Source: an uncultured Chloroflexia bacterium
GTDB taxonomy: Bacteria; Chloroflexota; UBA6077; JACCZL01
NCBI GenBank assembly: GCA_963765765.1
Contig: CAVXYC010000014.1
Span: 318,590 to 382,589, forward strand
DNA: 64,000 bases
Reading direction: 5' to 3'
Part shown: positions 32,993 through 42,696 of the stretch, one piece after another
Layout: every line of letters starts with the position of its first letter
Numbering within the stretch: the stretch's first letter is position 1
Program-made: the position numbers and the translations under genes
The notes under the pieces: model-generated
Told to the model about the DNA's origin: nothing
The model's database searches: none
The model's input: only the letters and a program-made list of their open reading frames with translations

Positions 32993-33881
32993 ATGGAACG
33001 CGATCTCGTCGGATACGGAAAAGAGACACCGCGTGTGGAGTGGCCGGATGGTGCGCGGATCGCCATTTCGATGGTCGTGAACTATGAGGAGGGCTCGGAG
33101 CGCACGCCGCTGTATGGCGACGACTCGCACGAGACGGCAGGCGAGATCGCGTCCAGCAAGCCACGTGAGGCGCGCAGCCTGCAGACCGAGACACAGTGGG
33201 AATACGGCGGCCGGGCCGGTGTCTGGCGACTCCTCAGGATCCTCAAAAAGTACGACGTCAAGGGCACGTTCTACGTGTGCGCTCTGGCGCTGGAGCACAA
33301 CCCGCCGCTGGGGCCCGAGATCGTGGCCCAGGGTCACGACGTTAACGGCCACGGCTACCGCTGGATCGAGCAGTGGCACCTGAGCAAGGAAGACGAGCAG
33401 GAAAGCATTCACAAGGCTGTAGTCTCCATCGAGAAGACCACCGGGCAAGCGACCCTACGGCTGGTTCACCAAGTCAGGTCCCAGTCTGAACACGCGCGAC
33501 ATCCTCGAAGCAGAGGGCTTCTTGTACGACTGCGACGGCATCAACGACGATCTGCCCTATTGGAGCACCGCCAACGGCAAGCCGTTCCTGGTGGTGCCGT
33601 ATGCGTTCGACAGCAACGATGGAAAATACTGGCGCAACGGTTGGGGCAACGCTGGGCATTTCTTCGAGTACCTTAAGGACACCTTTGACATGCTCTACGA
33701 GGAGGGCGCCACGCATCCCAAGATGATGTCCGTGGGCCTGCACTCGCGCGTCTCTGGCCATCCTGGGCGGGCCGTGGCCGTCGCGAAATTCCTCGAGTAC
33801 GCCAGGAGCAAGCCCAAAGTCTGGTTCGCCGGCCGAGACGATATCGCTAAGTGGTGGCGGGAGAACTACCCACCGGCCTAG
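32993..33881 (+). CDS. polysaccharide-deacetylase-fold protein, PuuE allantoinase-like (frameshift ~33450)
   Basis: RDLVGYG, WPDGARIA, VNYEEGSE, EYGGRAGVWR, HGYRW, DDLPYW, PKMMSVGLHSR, IAKWW. Confidence 0.88.
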
Positions 33882-33940
33882 GGCAGTTTTTCATATCGAC
33901 GGCTTCGTGTTTCAGCTTCAATCAGTCTCACGAGCTTTCT

Positions 33941-34063
33941 CTGTCATCGGGAAGGCATTGAAGGATCTGACCGACATCTCCCGATCCGGCAGGGAACCAT
34001 GGATCGACCAACGGGTCGATGCGGAGATGTCCGGTCAGATCCTTCACGCATTCAGGATGACAG
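33941..34063. repeat. REPIN with extended inverted arms
   Basis: tgaaggatctgaccgacatctc / gagatgtccggtcagatccttca flanked by tgtcatc...gatgaca. Confidence 0.75.
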
Positions 34064-34135
34064 ACTACTGATCGAATGACCGGACTCCTGATCTGAGGCA
34101 GTGCTCCAGGGTCACCAAATTGGAGGTTAGAACTC

Positions 34136-34922
34136 ATGCGCATCATGTTCCTGAGCGTCACCCCCGCGTGACCCTAAACACGAAGAATCGGACGCCCGCG
34201 TGGAGGAGTTGCTCAATGGCTACGCTTCGCCCGGCACGACCGTCGAGTTGTGCCTGGCCGGACGATCACCCGGGCTCGCGCGTTGGTGTGACCATGGGCG
34301 CGCAGAGCGTCCGCACCGGGCTGCATGACGCCATGCAGACCTCCGCGCTGGTGCGCAAGATCGTCTGGGCGGAAGAGAACGGCTACGACGCCGTCATCCA
34401 GAGCAACACATTCGATCCGGGAGTGGAGGCCGGTCGCCTGGCCGTGCGAATTCCGGTCATCGGCCTGCTGCGCACGACACTGCACGTGGCCACCACGTTG
34501 GCCGACCGCATAGGCATCACCGTGCCGCTCGAAGGGCACCTGCCATACACGCGGCGCATTCTGCGCTCCTACGGCATGCAGGATTTCGTCACCGACGTCC
34601 GCGTCATCGGCATGTACGGCGAGGGTCTGGCAGCGAAGAAAAGCGAGCTGCTGCGTCATACGGTCGAGGTGATGCGCGGCCTGGTAGACGACACCGGGCG
34701 GAGTGCGTGATCCCATTGGGTGGAGCACTGTTCCCATATATCGTCTCGCCCGCGGAGCTAGAGCAAGAGGTGGGTGTGCCGGTCCTGAATACCAAGTCGA
34801 TCGGCATTCGGTTCGCCGAAATGTGCGTCCAGTTTGGCATGACGCACAGTCACCGTACGTATCCAAGCCAGAGGCTCAGCTACGACAACTTTACGGAGCT
34901 CGCTTATTCGCCAAGCAATTGA
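34136..34922 (+). CDS. Asp/Glu/hydantoin racemase family protein (frameshifted)
   Basis: GGAGG RBS; AEENGYDAVI, DPGVEAGRLAVRIPVIG, EVGVPV; usual catalytic Cys positions appear substituted. Confidence 0.75.
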
Positions 34923-35071
34923 CGTTCAATTTCCGTGATGAACGAACATGACGAGTCCAGTTACCGAAATGGATCTGGACACCCTGACCTGCTGGCGACT
35001 CACATTTCGAGCCGTTCCGACACCGAATGCAGCCGACACGCTGCGTGCTCCGGATCCTGACAAATCTCTGG

Positions 35072-35223
35072 TTGACAGTCAGACCGGCATGCGTCAAGCT
35101 GACCCGCAATCTCGATTACCGGTTCGAATGTGGGGAGCACGATACTCGGGGTGGGCCAAGCGGTTCGTCGGCCATGCCAGCCGGTCCGGGACGCCCCGCG
35201 GGCGTTCCAGGAAGGATCATCAA
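35072..35223 (+). promoter_or_regulatory. sigma70-type promoter and conserved leader, copy 2
   Basis: TTGACA-17 nt-CAAGCT; aligns with copies 1 and 3. Confidence 0.6.
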
Positions 35224-36434
35224 ATGAGAAGCAAGCCCCTCCCTCTTGTGGCGCTGGGCGTCGCGGTCGTCGTTTCACTAGCCGCCTGTTCACCGCCGGC
35301 CGCGCCGCCTCCGACCGCCGCGCCCAAGCCGCCCGCGGCGGCGCCAACCAGTCCCCCCAAGACCGAAGCGGCGCCGGCTAAGCCTAACGCGGCGCCCGCA
35401 AAGCCCGAGAGCGCCTCGGCCCCGCCGAAGAGCGAGGGCGCCGGGACGGACTCTCAGCAGGCACTGGCTGACGCCAGTGCTAAGTACTACGAGGCGGCCA
35501 GGCAAGAGGGAAAGCTGGTCTTCTACGGCGTAAACCTGACGCCCCCGCTGTTGGACCCGATCAAGGAGGTCTTCGGCAAGAAATTCCCGGGAATCACCAT
35601 CGAAGGTGAGGAGCAAATCGGCAGTATCACACGCGAGAAGATCACAGCCGAGCAGACATCAAAGAACTACGTGGCGGATATCGCGTTCACCGGCTTCACT
35701 ACGACGCGGGACTTGATCGACCTCGGTTTTGTGGTGCCGTACGAGTCGCCACAGGTGCCGGCCCTCATCCCGCAGTTCGTGTTGCCTGGCGGCCTGGTGA
35801 ACCCGCGCAATGCGAGTCTGGTCAGCATCGCAGTCAATACCAACCTGGTCCCGCCGAACCAGGAGCCGAAGGCGTGGAAGGACGTGCTTGACCCGAAGTG
35901 GAAGGGCAAGATCGCCAATCAGGATCCGCGCCAACCCGGTCGGGGGGAAGCATCATCTCCGGGATGGCGATGGTGTACGGCTTCGAGTGGCTGGACAAGC
36001 TGAAGCAGCAGGATCCCTTCTTTGGACCATCACCGGGCCCGCTGTGGAACGGCCTGGTCCGCGGCGAGTACGCCATGCTCCTCTCGGCATCCCACGTGGA
36101 CGCCGTGGTACAGCGCAAAGCGGGGGCACCCATCAAGTTCCTGAGACTGGAGGATGGCGCGGCCTGGACGTACTCCAGCATGCTGAACATCAAGAACCAG
36201 CCGCACCCTAACGCCTCTCGGCTGTTCATGGAGTGGATGCTGTCTGAGGAAGGCCAGCTCGTGATCTCGGCCCAGGGCTTTGGGGCAATCCGCAAAGGCA
36301 TCAAGGCGGTGGAGCCCGAGGCAAACATGGAAGGCATGGTGTTCCTGCCGCGCGACACCACGCCCGAGGCCGACGCGCTAATCGGTACCGACAAAGAGCG
36401 CGTACAACGCTGGGAGGAGGTCTTCTTCAAGTAG
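35224..36434 (+). CDS. ABC solute-binding lipoprotein (frameshift ~35945)
   Basis: SLAACSP lipobox, P/A/K linker, VNTNLVPP...WKDVLDPKWKGKI, PHPNASRLFMEWMLSEEGQ. Confidence 0.88.
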
Positions 36435-36562
36435 AACCTGATGCGAGGGCAATGCTAGACAGGGACATGGCGGGAGGACCCCACGGTGCGCGTTCGCACA
36501 CAAGCTGTTTTCTCTGTCACGCTCGCTGCAAAAGTTTCGGTCGTACCCCTTCAGGCTCAGGG

Positions 36563-38017
36563 GTAAGTGTTCAGACTTGAGGGGATGAGATTGTGACACG
36601 ACCGTGAGGTGGTGGGCATCACGGCGGTGTCACGGGGCGGTACGGTGCGGGCATGGAGCCGTATGAAGCCCTCGACCGTGACCAGTTGCTGGCATTGGTG
36701 CGGGCCCAAGCCGCTTCCCTCGCCGAGCTGACGGCAACGCTGAAGCGCCTCGAAGCCCGCATCAAGGAGTTCGAGCGCCGTCAGGAGAAGGGCGGGCCGC
36801 GCGGCATGCCCGGGCTTGAAACCGACGCCCGCCCGGGGCAACCCGCCACGAGCGAAGCCGCGCACCGAGGGCTTCGCCCGTCTCCGCGCACTGCTGCCCA
36901 CCCAGACGGTCGATCATGCACTCGACCGGTGTCCCGATTGCGGCACCACGCTGGGTGGTGGCTCGGTCAAACGCACCCGCGAAGTCATCGAGCTGGCTCC
37001 GATGCCCGTCCAGATCATCGCCCATCAGTTCATCGAGCGCGTCTGCCCACTCTGTCGCACGCGCCGTGACTCCGTCGGTGGATCTGGGGGATCAGGTGGT
37101 GGGCCAGCAGCGGCTGGGCCTCGACCTGGTCAGTCGCATCGTGACCCTGCGCGAGGTGGGCCGCCTGCCGGTCCGCACCATCCAGTGGTATCTCGGAGAC
37201 GTTCCACGATCTCCATCTCAGTGTCGGGACGATCACCAGCCATCAGTCAGCGCGTGGCCCGGGCGGCGGCGGACGAGGTGACCGCGATCCGCGATCAGAT
37301 CCGCGCCAGTCCGGCCGTGTATGCGGACGAGACCGGTTGGCGCACCGATGGCCGCAATGGCTACATCTGGACGTTCAGCACGCCGCAAGCACGCTACTTC
37401 CTCCATGGCCGCCGCACCAAGGACATGGTCGATAGCGCGCTGGGGTCGGATTTCGACGGAGTGCTGCTGAGCGACTTCTACGCCGCGTATACCCACTACC
37501 CGGGACTCAAGCAGCGCTGTTGGGCGCATCTGTTGCGGGAGATCCATGATCTGCGCCAGGTATTCCCGGACGATGCGGCGCTCGGCACCTGGGCCGCGGC
37601 GGTGCACGCACTGTTCGTGGACGCCCGCGATACGGTGTATCCGACGGCGGAGCGACGCGCTCTGGCTGCTGCGGACGCTACCGGCAGCGTCTGCTCGAGC
37701 TCGTCCGACCCGTCGCGGCGGACCCCGAGGCGCCGGCGCGGCAGCTGAGCGCCCGCATGGAGCGCTTCATCGGGGATCTGTTTATCTTCGTGACGGAGCC
37801 GGGCGTGGCGCCGACGAATAATCTGGCGGAGCGCAGCCTGCGGCCGCTGGTGACGCGGCGGAAGATCAGTGGCGGGAGCCGGTCCGCGGCCGGGCCCGAG
37901 GCGACGATGGTCCTGGCGAGTCTCTTCGGCACCTGGCTGCTCCAGGACGAGAACCCGTACACCGCCTGCCGTGACCTCCTCAGCCATGCCTAAATCCCTC
38001 CGACTCTGAACAGATAC
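36563..38017 (+). mobile_element. IS66-family insertion sequence (compact single-transposase type)
   Basis: imperfect TIRs gtaagtgttcagac... / ...ctctgaacagatac; flanks gctcaggg / cttcaggg (6 of 8 match). Confidence 0.9.
36653..37993 (+). CDS. IS66 transposase (frameshifted)
   Basis: N-terminal coiled coil, CPDCG zinc finger, ADETGWR, SDFYAAY, QRCWAHLLRE, TNNLAERSLR. Confidence 0.9.
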
Positions 38018-38032
38018 CTTCAGGGCGATTCG

Positions 38033-38185
38033 TTGACAGTCAGGTCGGAATGCGGCAAGCTGGCCTGCAAGGTCGACTGCCGGTGCGCAAGCGGGAATCA
38101 CGCCGCTCGGGGTAGGCCAGGCGGTTTGTCGTCCGAAGCCAGCCGGTCCAGGAAACCCAGTGGGTGTTCGAGAAAGGATCGTCGA
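38033..38185 (+). promoter_or_regulatory. sigma70-type promoter and conserved leader, copy 3
   Basis: TTGACA-17 nt-CAAGCT, 15 bp downstream of the IS66 right end. Confidence 0.6.
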
Positions 38186-39430
38186 ATGAGATGCAAGCCC
38201 TCGCGTCTTCTGGCGCCAGTCGGCGCCCTCGCTCTTACTCTGGCTGCCTGTACGCCGCCAGTCGCGCCAGCTCCTACCGCGGCGCCCAAGCCACCCGCGG
38301 CGGCGGTCACCAGCGCCCCCAAGGCCGAGAGCGCGCCGACCAAGCCTGACGCCGCCGTCCCTCCGACCCTTGCCAGTGCTCCTGCTGCCAAGCCGACCAT
38401 GGTGGCGGCCCAGGCTGAGCCGACGGCCGCCACCGCGGCGACCGATTCACAGCGGGCGCTGGCCGACGCGCGCGCCAAGTACTACGAGGCCGCGAAAACC
38501 GAGGGCCGGCTGGTGATGTACGGGAACAACCTCGGGCCGGCGCTCATGGACCCAATCAAGGAGGCCTTCGGCAAGACCTTTCCGGGTATCCAGATCCACG
38601 TTGAGGAGCAGACCGGGGCCATTACCCGCGAGAAGATTATTGCGGAGCAGCTCGCCAAGAGCTACGTGGTGGACATCGCCACCACCGGATTCTCCACTAC
38701 ACGCGACCTGATCGAGGCTGGCATGGTGGTGCCTTACGAGTCGCCACAGACGCCGGCCCTCATCCCGCAGTTCGTGCATCCCGCCGGATTGGTCACGCCA
38801 CGGCATGCGAGCCTGGTCAGCATTGCCATCAACACCAACCTGGTCCCGCCGGACCAGGAGCCCAAGGTCTGGAACGACATACTCGACCCTAAATGGAAGG
38901 GCAAGCTGTCCAACCAGGATCCGCGCCAGCCTGGTGGGGGTGGCAGCACCATCTCCGGGATGGCGATGGTGTATGGATTCGAATGGCTGGAGAAGCTCAA
39001 GCAGCAGGACGTGTTCTTTGCACCGTCACCGGGCCCGCTGTGGAACGGGCTGATCCGCGGCGAGCAAGCCATGTACCTCTCAGCCAACCAGGCAGAAGCA
39101 GTTGTGCATCGCAAGTCGGGCGCGCCTGTCAAGTATCTGACGATGCAGGACGGCGCGGCCTGGACCTACTCCAGCCTGTTGAACATCATCAACCAACCGC
39201 ATCCCAACGCCTCGAAATTGTTCATCGAATGGGTGCTGTCGGAGGAGGGCCAGATGATCATGTCAGAGCAGGGTTACGGCGCGGTCCGCAAGGGCATCAA
39301 GGCGGTACACCCCGAGGCAGACATGAACGGCGTGGTGTTCCTGCCACGGGACAGTACCCCGGAAGCGGACGCGCTGATCGGTACCGACCAGGAGCGCTCG
39401 GTTCGCTGGGATCAGATATTCTTCAAATAG
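38186..39430 (+). CDS. ABC solute-binding lipoprotein, close tandem paralog of 35224-36434
   Basis: intact ORF; TLAACTP lipobox; same motifs as the upstream paralog. Confidence 0.92.
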   Translation: MRCKPSRLLAPVGALALTLAACTPPVAPAPTAAPKPPAAAVTSAPKAESAPTKPDAAVPPTLASAPAAKPTMVAAQAEPTAATAATDSQRALADARAKYYEAAKTEGRLVMYGNNLGPALMDPIKEAFGKTFPGIQIHVEEQTGAITREKIIAEQLAKSYVVDIATTGFSTTRDLIEAGMVVPYESPQTPALIPQFVHPAGLVTPRHASLVSIAINTNLVPPDQEPKVWNDILDPKWKGKLSNQDPRQPGGGGSTISGMAMVYGFEWLEKLKQQDVFFAPSPGPLWNGLIRGEQAMYLSANQAEAVVHRKSGAPVKYLTMQDGAAWTYSSLLNIINQPHPNASKLFIEWVLSEEGQMIMSEQGYGAVRKGIKAVHPEADMNGVVFLPRDSTPEADALIGTDQERSVRWDQIFFK

Positions 39431-39515
39431 ACCGCGATGCACCACACCCTCGGGCGCCCAATACGGTTAGTAAGGCGCTGAGGGGCCGTGGCACCTGACC
39501 GGTGGCCCGTTCTGG

Positions 39516-39631
39516 GCAGCACTGGGGCTTGTCCTCTGTGCCTCGAGCGTCACCAGCCAAGGATCTCGGGAGCGCTCACCGCGAATGCCTCAGTCCGAGA
39601 TCCGGGCACAGGGGACAAGCCCCAGTGCTAC
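39516..39631. repeat. GTAG-type REPIN
   Basis: gcagcactggggcttgtcctctgtgcc / ggcacaggggacaagccccagtgctac inverted pair. Confidence 0.75.
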
Positions 39632-39699
39632 GCTTGGCATCCCTTTGCTTTTGAACACCTACGTCCGCGGACCTTCTCCCAGGGACTAGTGGTTGCGCA

Positions 39700-40926
39700 T
39701 CACGCTGTGACAGGGTTTTGTGGCTCGATCACCGGATCTCTGAACCGCAGCAGCTCCGGTGCCAGCGGCAGGCTCAGGATCGCCGCCACCGTAACCAGCG
39801 CAGCGCCCACGCCAACGGCGTTGGCGGTCCCAATGGACGCACCGAAAGCGCCGACGATGAGCGCGCCGAGCGGTGCGAAGCCCTGCATGACGATGGTGTT
39901 AAAGCTCATCACTCGGCCACGGATGTGATTGGGCGAGGAAAGCTGGATCATGGTGGAGGTCATCGTGCTGAAGACCGTGAAGGACAGGCCGGTCACCAGG
40001 AGCAGCGCCAGCGATAATGGAAAGCTTCGGCTGATGGCGAATCCTACGAGCGCGGCGCTGAACACCACCATGGCCAGGAAGTGCATCAAACCCTTGCGAC
40101 GCACATCGCCAGCCATTGCGATTCCGAATGCGGCCAACACACTGCCTGCTCCGGGCGCAGACAGCAAGAGGCCTAACCCGGTCGGCCCAACGTCGAGCAC
40201 ATCGCCGGCGAAAATTGGCAGGAGCTGCTGATAGGACCGCCCAAAGATGTTGGCGGCCGCGGCGAGCAGCAGCAGCGCGAGCACGAGACGCGTCGCGCGA
40301 ATGAACCGGAGGCCCTCTCTAAAATCGTAGAAGACGCCTCGGGATTCGGAACGCGGCGGGCGCTCCGGTACGTTCCGAATCAGCATGAGCGCTACGACCA
40401 CGGTCAGAAACCCGAGCGTGTTGGCGAAGAACGCGCCGGCGACGCCGATGGCTGCCATGGCGGCCCCCGCCAGGGCCGGCCCAATGAGCGCGGATCCCTG
40501 CCAGGCTGAGCCGTGTAGTGCGATGGCGTTCGTCAGGTCTTCCCGCTCTACCAGATCTGGGAGGATCGCTTCCCTCGCCGGCTGTTCGAACGCCGTAGAT
40601 GTGCCCGCCAGGAATGCGAACGCTACGAGGATCCACACGTTGACGGCGTCCAGAGCAACCATGATTGCAAGCGCCAGTGAGAGCATCACATTGAAGGACT
40701 GCGTTGACCGGAGAATCAAGAGCCGCGACGCCCGATCGGCGATCACGCCACCCACTGTCGTGAGCCCGAGGATGGGAACGGAGCGAGCCACGCCGACCAG
40801 CCCCAGGTCCACCGCCGAGCCAGTAAGGTTGTAGATGAGCCAGCCCTGGGCCACGATCTGCATCCACGATGTGGCGTTGGAGATGATCGTACCGCCCCAG
40901 AGGAGCGCGAAATTGCGATTTCGCAA
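39700..40926 (-). CDS. MFS transporter (MFS_3/EntS-like)
   Basis: RNRNFALLW, GGVIADR motif A, FEQPAREAILPDLV, RGRVMS; 12-TM pattern. Confidence 0.92.
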   Translation of the reverse strand: MRNRNFALLWGGTIISNATSWMQIVAQGWLIYNLTGSAVDLGLVGVARSVPILGLTTVGGVIADRASRLLILRSTQSFNVMLSLALAIMVALDAVNVWILVAFAFLAGTSTAFEQPAREAILPDLVEREDLTNAIALHGSAWQGSALIGPALAGAAMAAIGVAGAFFANTLGFLTVVVALMLIRNVPERPPRSESRGVFYDFREGLRFIRATRLVLALLLLAAAANIFGRSYQQLLPIFAGDVLDVGPTGLGLLLSAPGAGSVLAAFGIAMAGDVRRKGLMHFLAMVVFSAALVGFAISRSFPLSLALLLVTGLSFTVFSTMTSTMIQLSSPNHIRGRVMSFNTIVMQGFAPLGALIVGAFGASIGTANAVGVGAALVTVAAILSLPLAPELLRFRDPVIEPQNPVTA

Positions 40927-41278
40927 CGCCGAGAAGCTTCGCTGGCGGGGCGCCCGATCGGACGTTTTTGGCTCCCTATCACTCCGCGCCTTGCCCGGAG
41001 GAGTCCATGTACCAACAAGTCTAGCCCGGCTAGGAATCCAGCGGGGGTGTGGAGTCGGAACCCGACGTTTCGTTCGCCTTGAGCTAGTTGAGTGGATCCT
41101 GGCATCAGCGGTTTGAGAGCACCCTCATCTCGCGCTGTAATCCTGAGATGCGACATGCAACACGGCGCACCAACACTGCATGAACAAAAGAGAGCTGTCC
41201 CCAATCCTCCGAGTGGCCGTAGAGCGGGGACTCCGTGCCCACTCTACGGGCCAGCGGATGGGAACGGCTCACGCCCTA

Positions 41279-41420
41279 TCAGCCCGGGGATCTCGTGTCT
41301 ATCAGAAGGAACTCGAGGGTAGTCCGAGCGCACACATCCGGGTCGGTGACAGCCGCATGAAATGAATCGCCAGGGACCACGACGAGCCGTGAGCCCGGGA
41401 TCTGCTCCTGCCATGCGCTC
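41279..41420 (-). pseudogene. orphan 3' end of an alpha/beta hydrolase, paralogous to the end of 44528-45385
   Basis: AWQEQIPGSRLVVVPGDSFHAAVTDPDVCARTTLEFL versus AWQEQISDSRLVVIPGDSFHAAITDADVCARTTLEFL. Confidence 0.85.
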
Positions 41421-41439
41421 CTCTGCTATTATTAGCCTA

Positions 41440-41757
41440 ATGGGTAACGATTCGTTCAGGGCGGTCGCCCATCCGATTCGGCGCGGGATTGTGGAGCGGC
41501 TCGCCCGGGGTCCGGCCACGGTGGGCGTCGCGACGCGCGGCTTCGGGGTATCGAAGCCGACGATCTCAAAGCACCTGAAGGTCCTTGAAAACTCGGGCGT
41601 GGTCGTCCGCACCGTCGAGGGTCGAACGCACCGGCTCAACCTCAAGCCCGAAGCGCTCTCGGACGCCGCTGATTGGTTCAACCGCCAGCGGGCCCTGTGG
41701 GAGCGTATGTTCGACGCCGTCGATGAACTGCTCAGCGATGGGAAGAGGGAAGGATGA
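41440..41757 (+). CDS. ArsR/SmtB family transcriptional regulator
   Basis: FRAVAHPIRRGIVERL...SKPTISKHLKVLE; TATTAT 7 nt before ATG suggests a leaderless transcript. Confidence 0.9.
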   Translation: MGNDSFRAVAHPIRRGIVERLARGPATVGVATRGFGVSKPTISKHLKVLENSGVVVRTVEGRTHRLNLKPEALSDAADWFNRQRALWERMFDAVDELLSDGKREG

Positions 41758-42212
41758 CCGATTCCGCGCCGCATGATCCGACCGCGATCCAAATTGAGCG
41801 CACCTTCCGTGCGCCTGCTCAAGCCGTCTTCGAGGCATGGACGAACGCCGAAATGCTGCGGCGCTGGTACGCGCCGGAGGCGGACTGGGACGCGCCCGTC
41901 GCCGAGCTTGACCTGCGAATCGGCGGCAAGGTCCGGGTCGTGATGCGCAGCCCGGCCGGCGAGGAGTTCGGCGGCTCTGGCGAGTACCTCGAGATCAATC
42001 CTCTGACACGGCTGGTGTTCACCTGGACGTGGGATCGACCCGACCTCGGCGGGGCCACCCAGCTCGTCGAGGTCGAGTTCACCGACAACGGAGATGGGAC
42101 GACCACGGTCATCATGACTAACCGCGGACTGCTTGACGATCAATCCAAAGAGTCCCACCGCGCGGGCTGGGAGGGCTCCTTCGACAACCTCGACCGGGTA
42201 CTGGTGCGATGA
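41754..42212 (+). CDS. SRPBCC/AHSA1 domain protein
   Basis: IERTFRAPAQAVFEAWT...DLRIGG...RLVFTW...GWEGSFDNL; ATGA overlap with arsR. Confidence 0.92.
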   Translation: MTDSAPHDPTAIQIERTFRAPAQAVFEAWTNAEMLRRWYAPEADWDAPVAELDLRIGGKVRVVMRSPAGEEFGGSGEYLEINPLTRLVFTWTWDRPDLGGATQLVEVEFTDNGDGTTTVIMTNRGLLDDQSKESHRAGWEGSFDNLDRVLVR

Positions 42213-42282
42213 GCACCCGGTGGGCGGGCGCAACGGTCCCCGGAGCGCCACGCCGCGGCTGCCGCAGCCGAATGGATTCGCC

Positions 42283-42696
42283 ATGAAGGCCTGGCTCGCG
42301 CGAGCGGCCGCGAACACTGTCCTACGGGGCGAGCACCCGCGCAATTGGCTAGCCCGCTGGAGCCGATGGTTCCCGAGGGCGCCGACGGTCGATGAATCGC
42401 ACTTCCAGGACGCCGACGAGCCCTACCCCGGACACTGGCGCGAGTTCCCCCGCGCCTGGTCGGCGCTCGAGCCCGCCGACCCCGACGTCAGGGATACCCT
42501 GGCGACCGCGATCGACGAGCTGCCGCATCCCTGGCGCGTCGTGGTGATCGCGCGGGACATCCACAGGCACAGCGCCGCGGAGGTCAGCGAGCAGCTGGGG
42601 ATCACGCCGGAGCAGCAACGCGCGATGCTGAACCGCGCCCGAGCCACGTTGCGCGAGCGGCTCGCCGAGCGATTCGCCCGCCGGGACGACCGATGA
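42283..42696 (+). CDS. ECF sigma factor C-terminal half (region 4 plus linker; region 2 absent)
   Basis: PTVDESHFQ...PYPGHWREFP linker and AIDELP...EVSEQLGITPEQQRAMLNRARATLRERL region-4 HTH. Confidence 0.75.
   Translation: MKAWLARAAANTVLRGEHPRNWLARWSRWFPRAPTVDESHFQDADEPYPGHWREFPRAWSALEPADPDVRDTLATAIDELPHPWRVVVIARDIHRHSAAEVSEQLGITPEQQRAMLNRARATLRERLAERFARRDDR

Noticed and set aside
36434-36466. gaacctgatgcgagggcaatgctagacaggga resembles the 3' half of a TPP riboswitch
   Set aside because: No 5' half (GGG..GCTGAGA) and it lies right after a stop codon; likely coincidental
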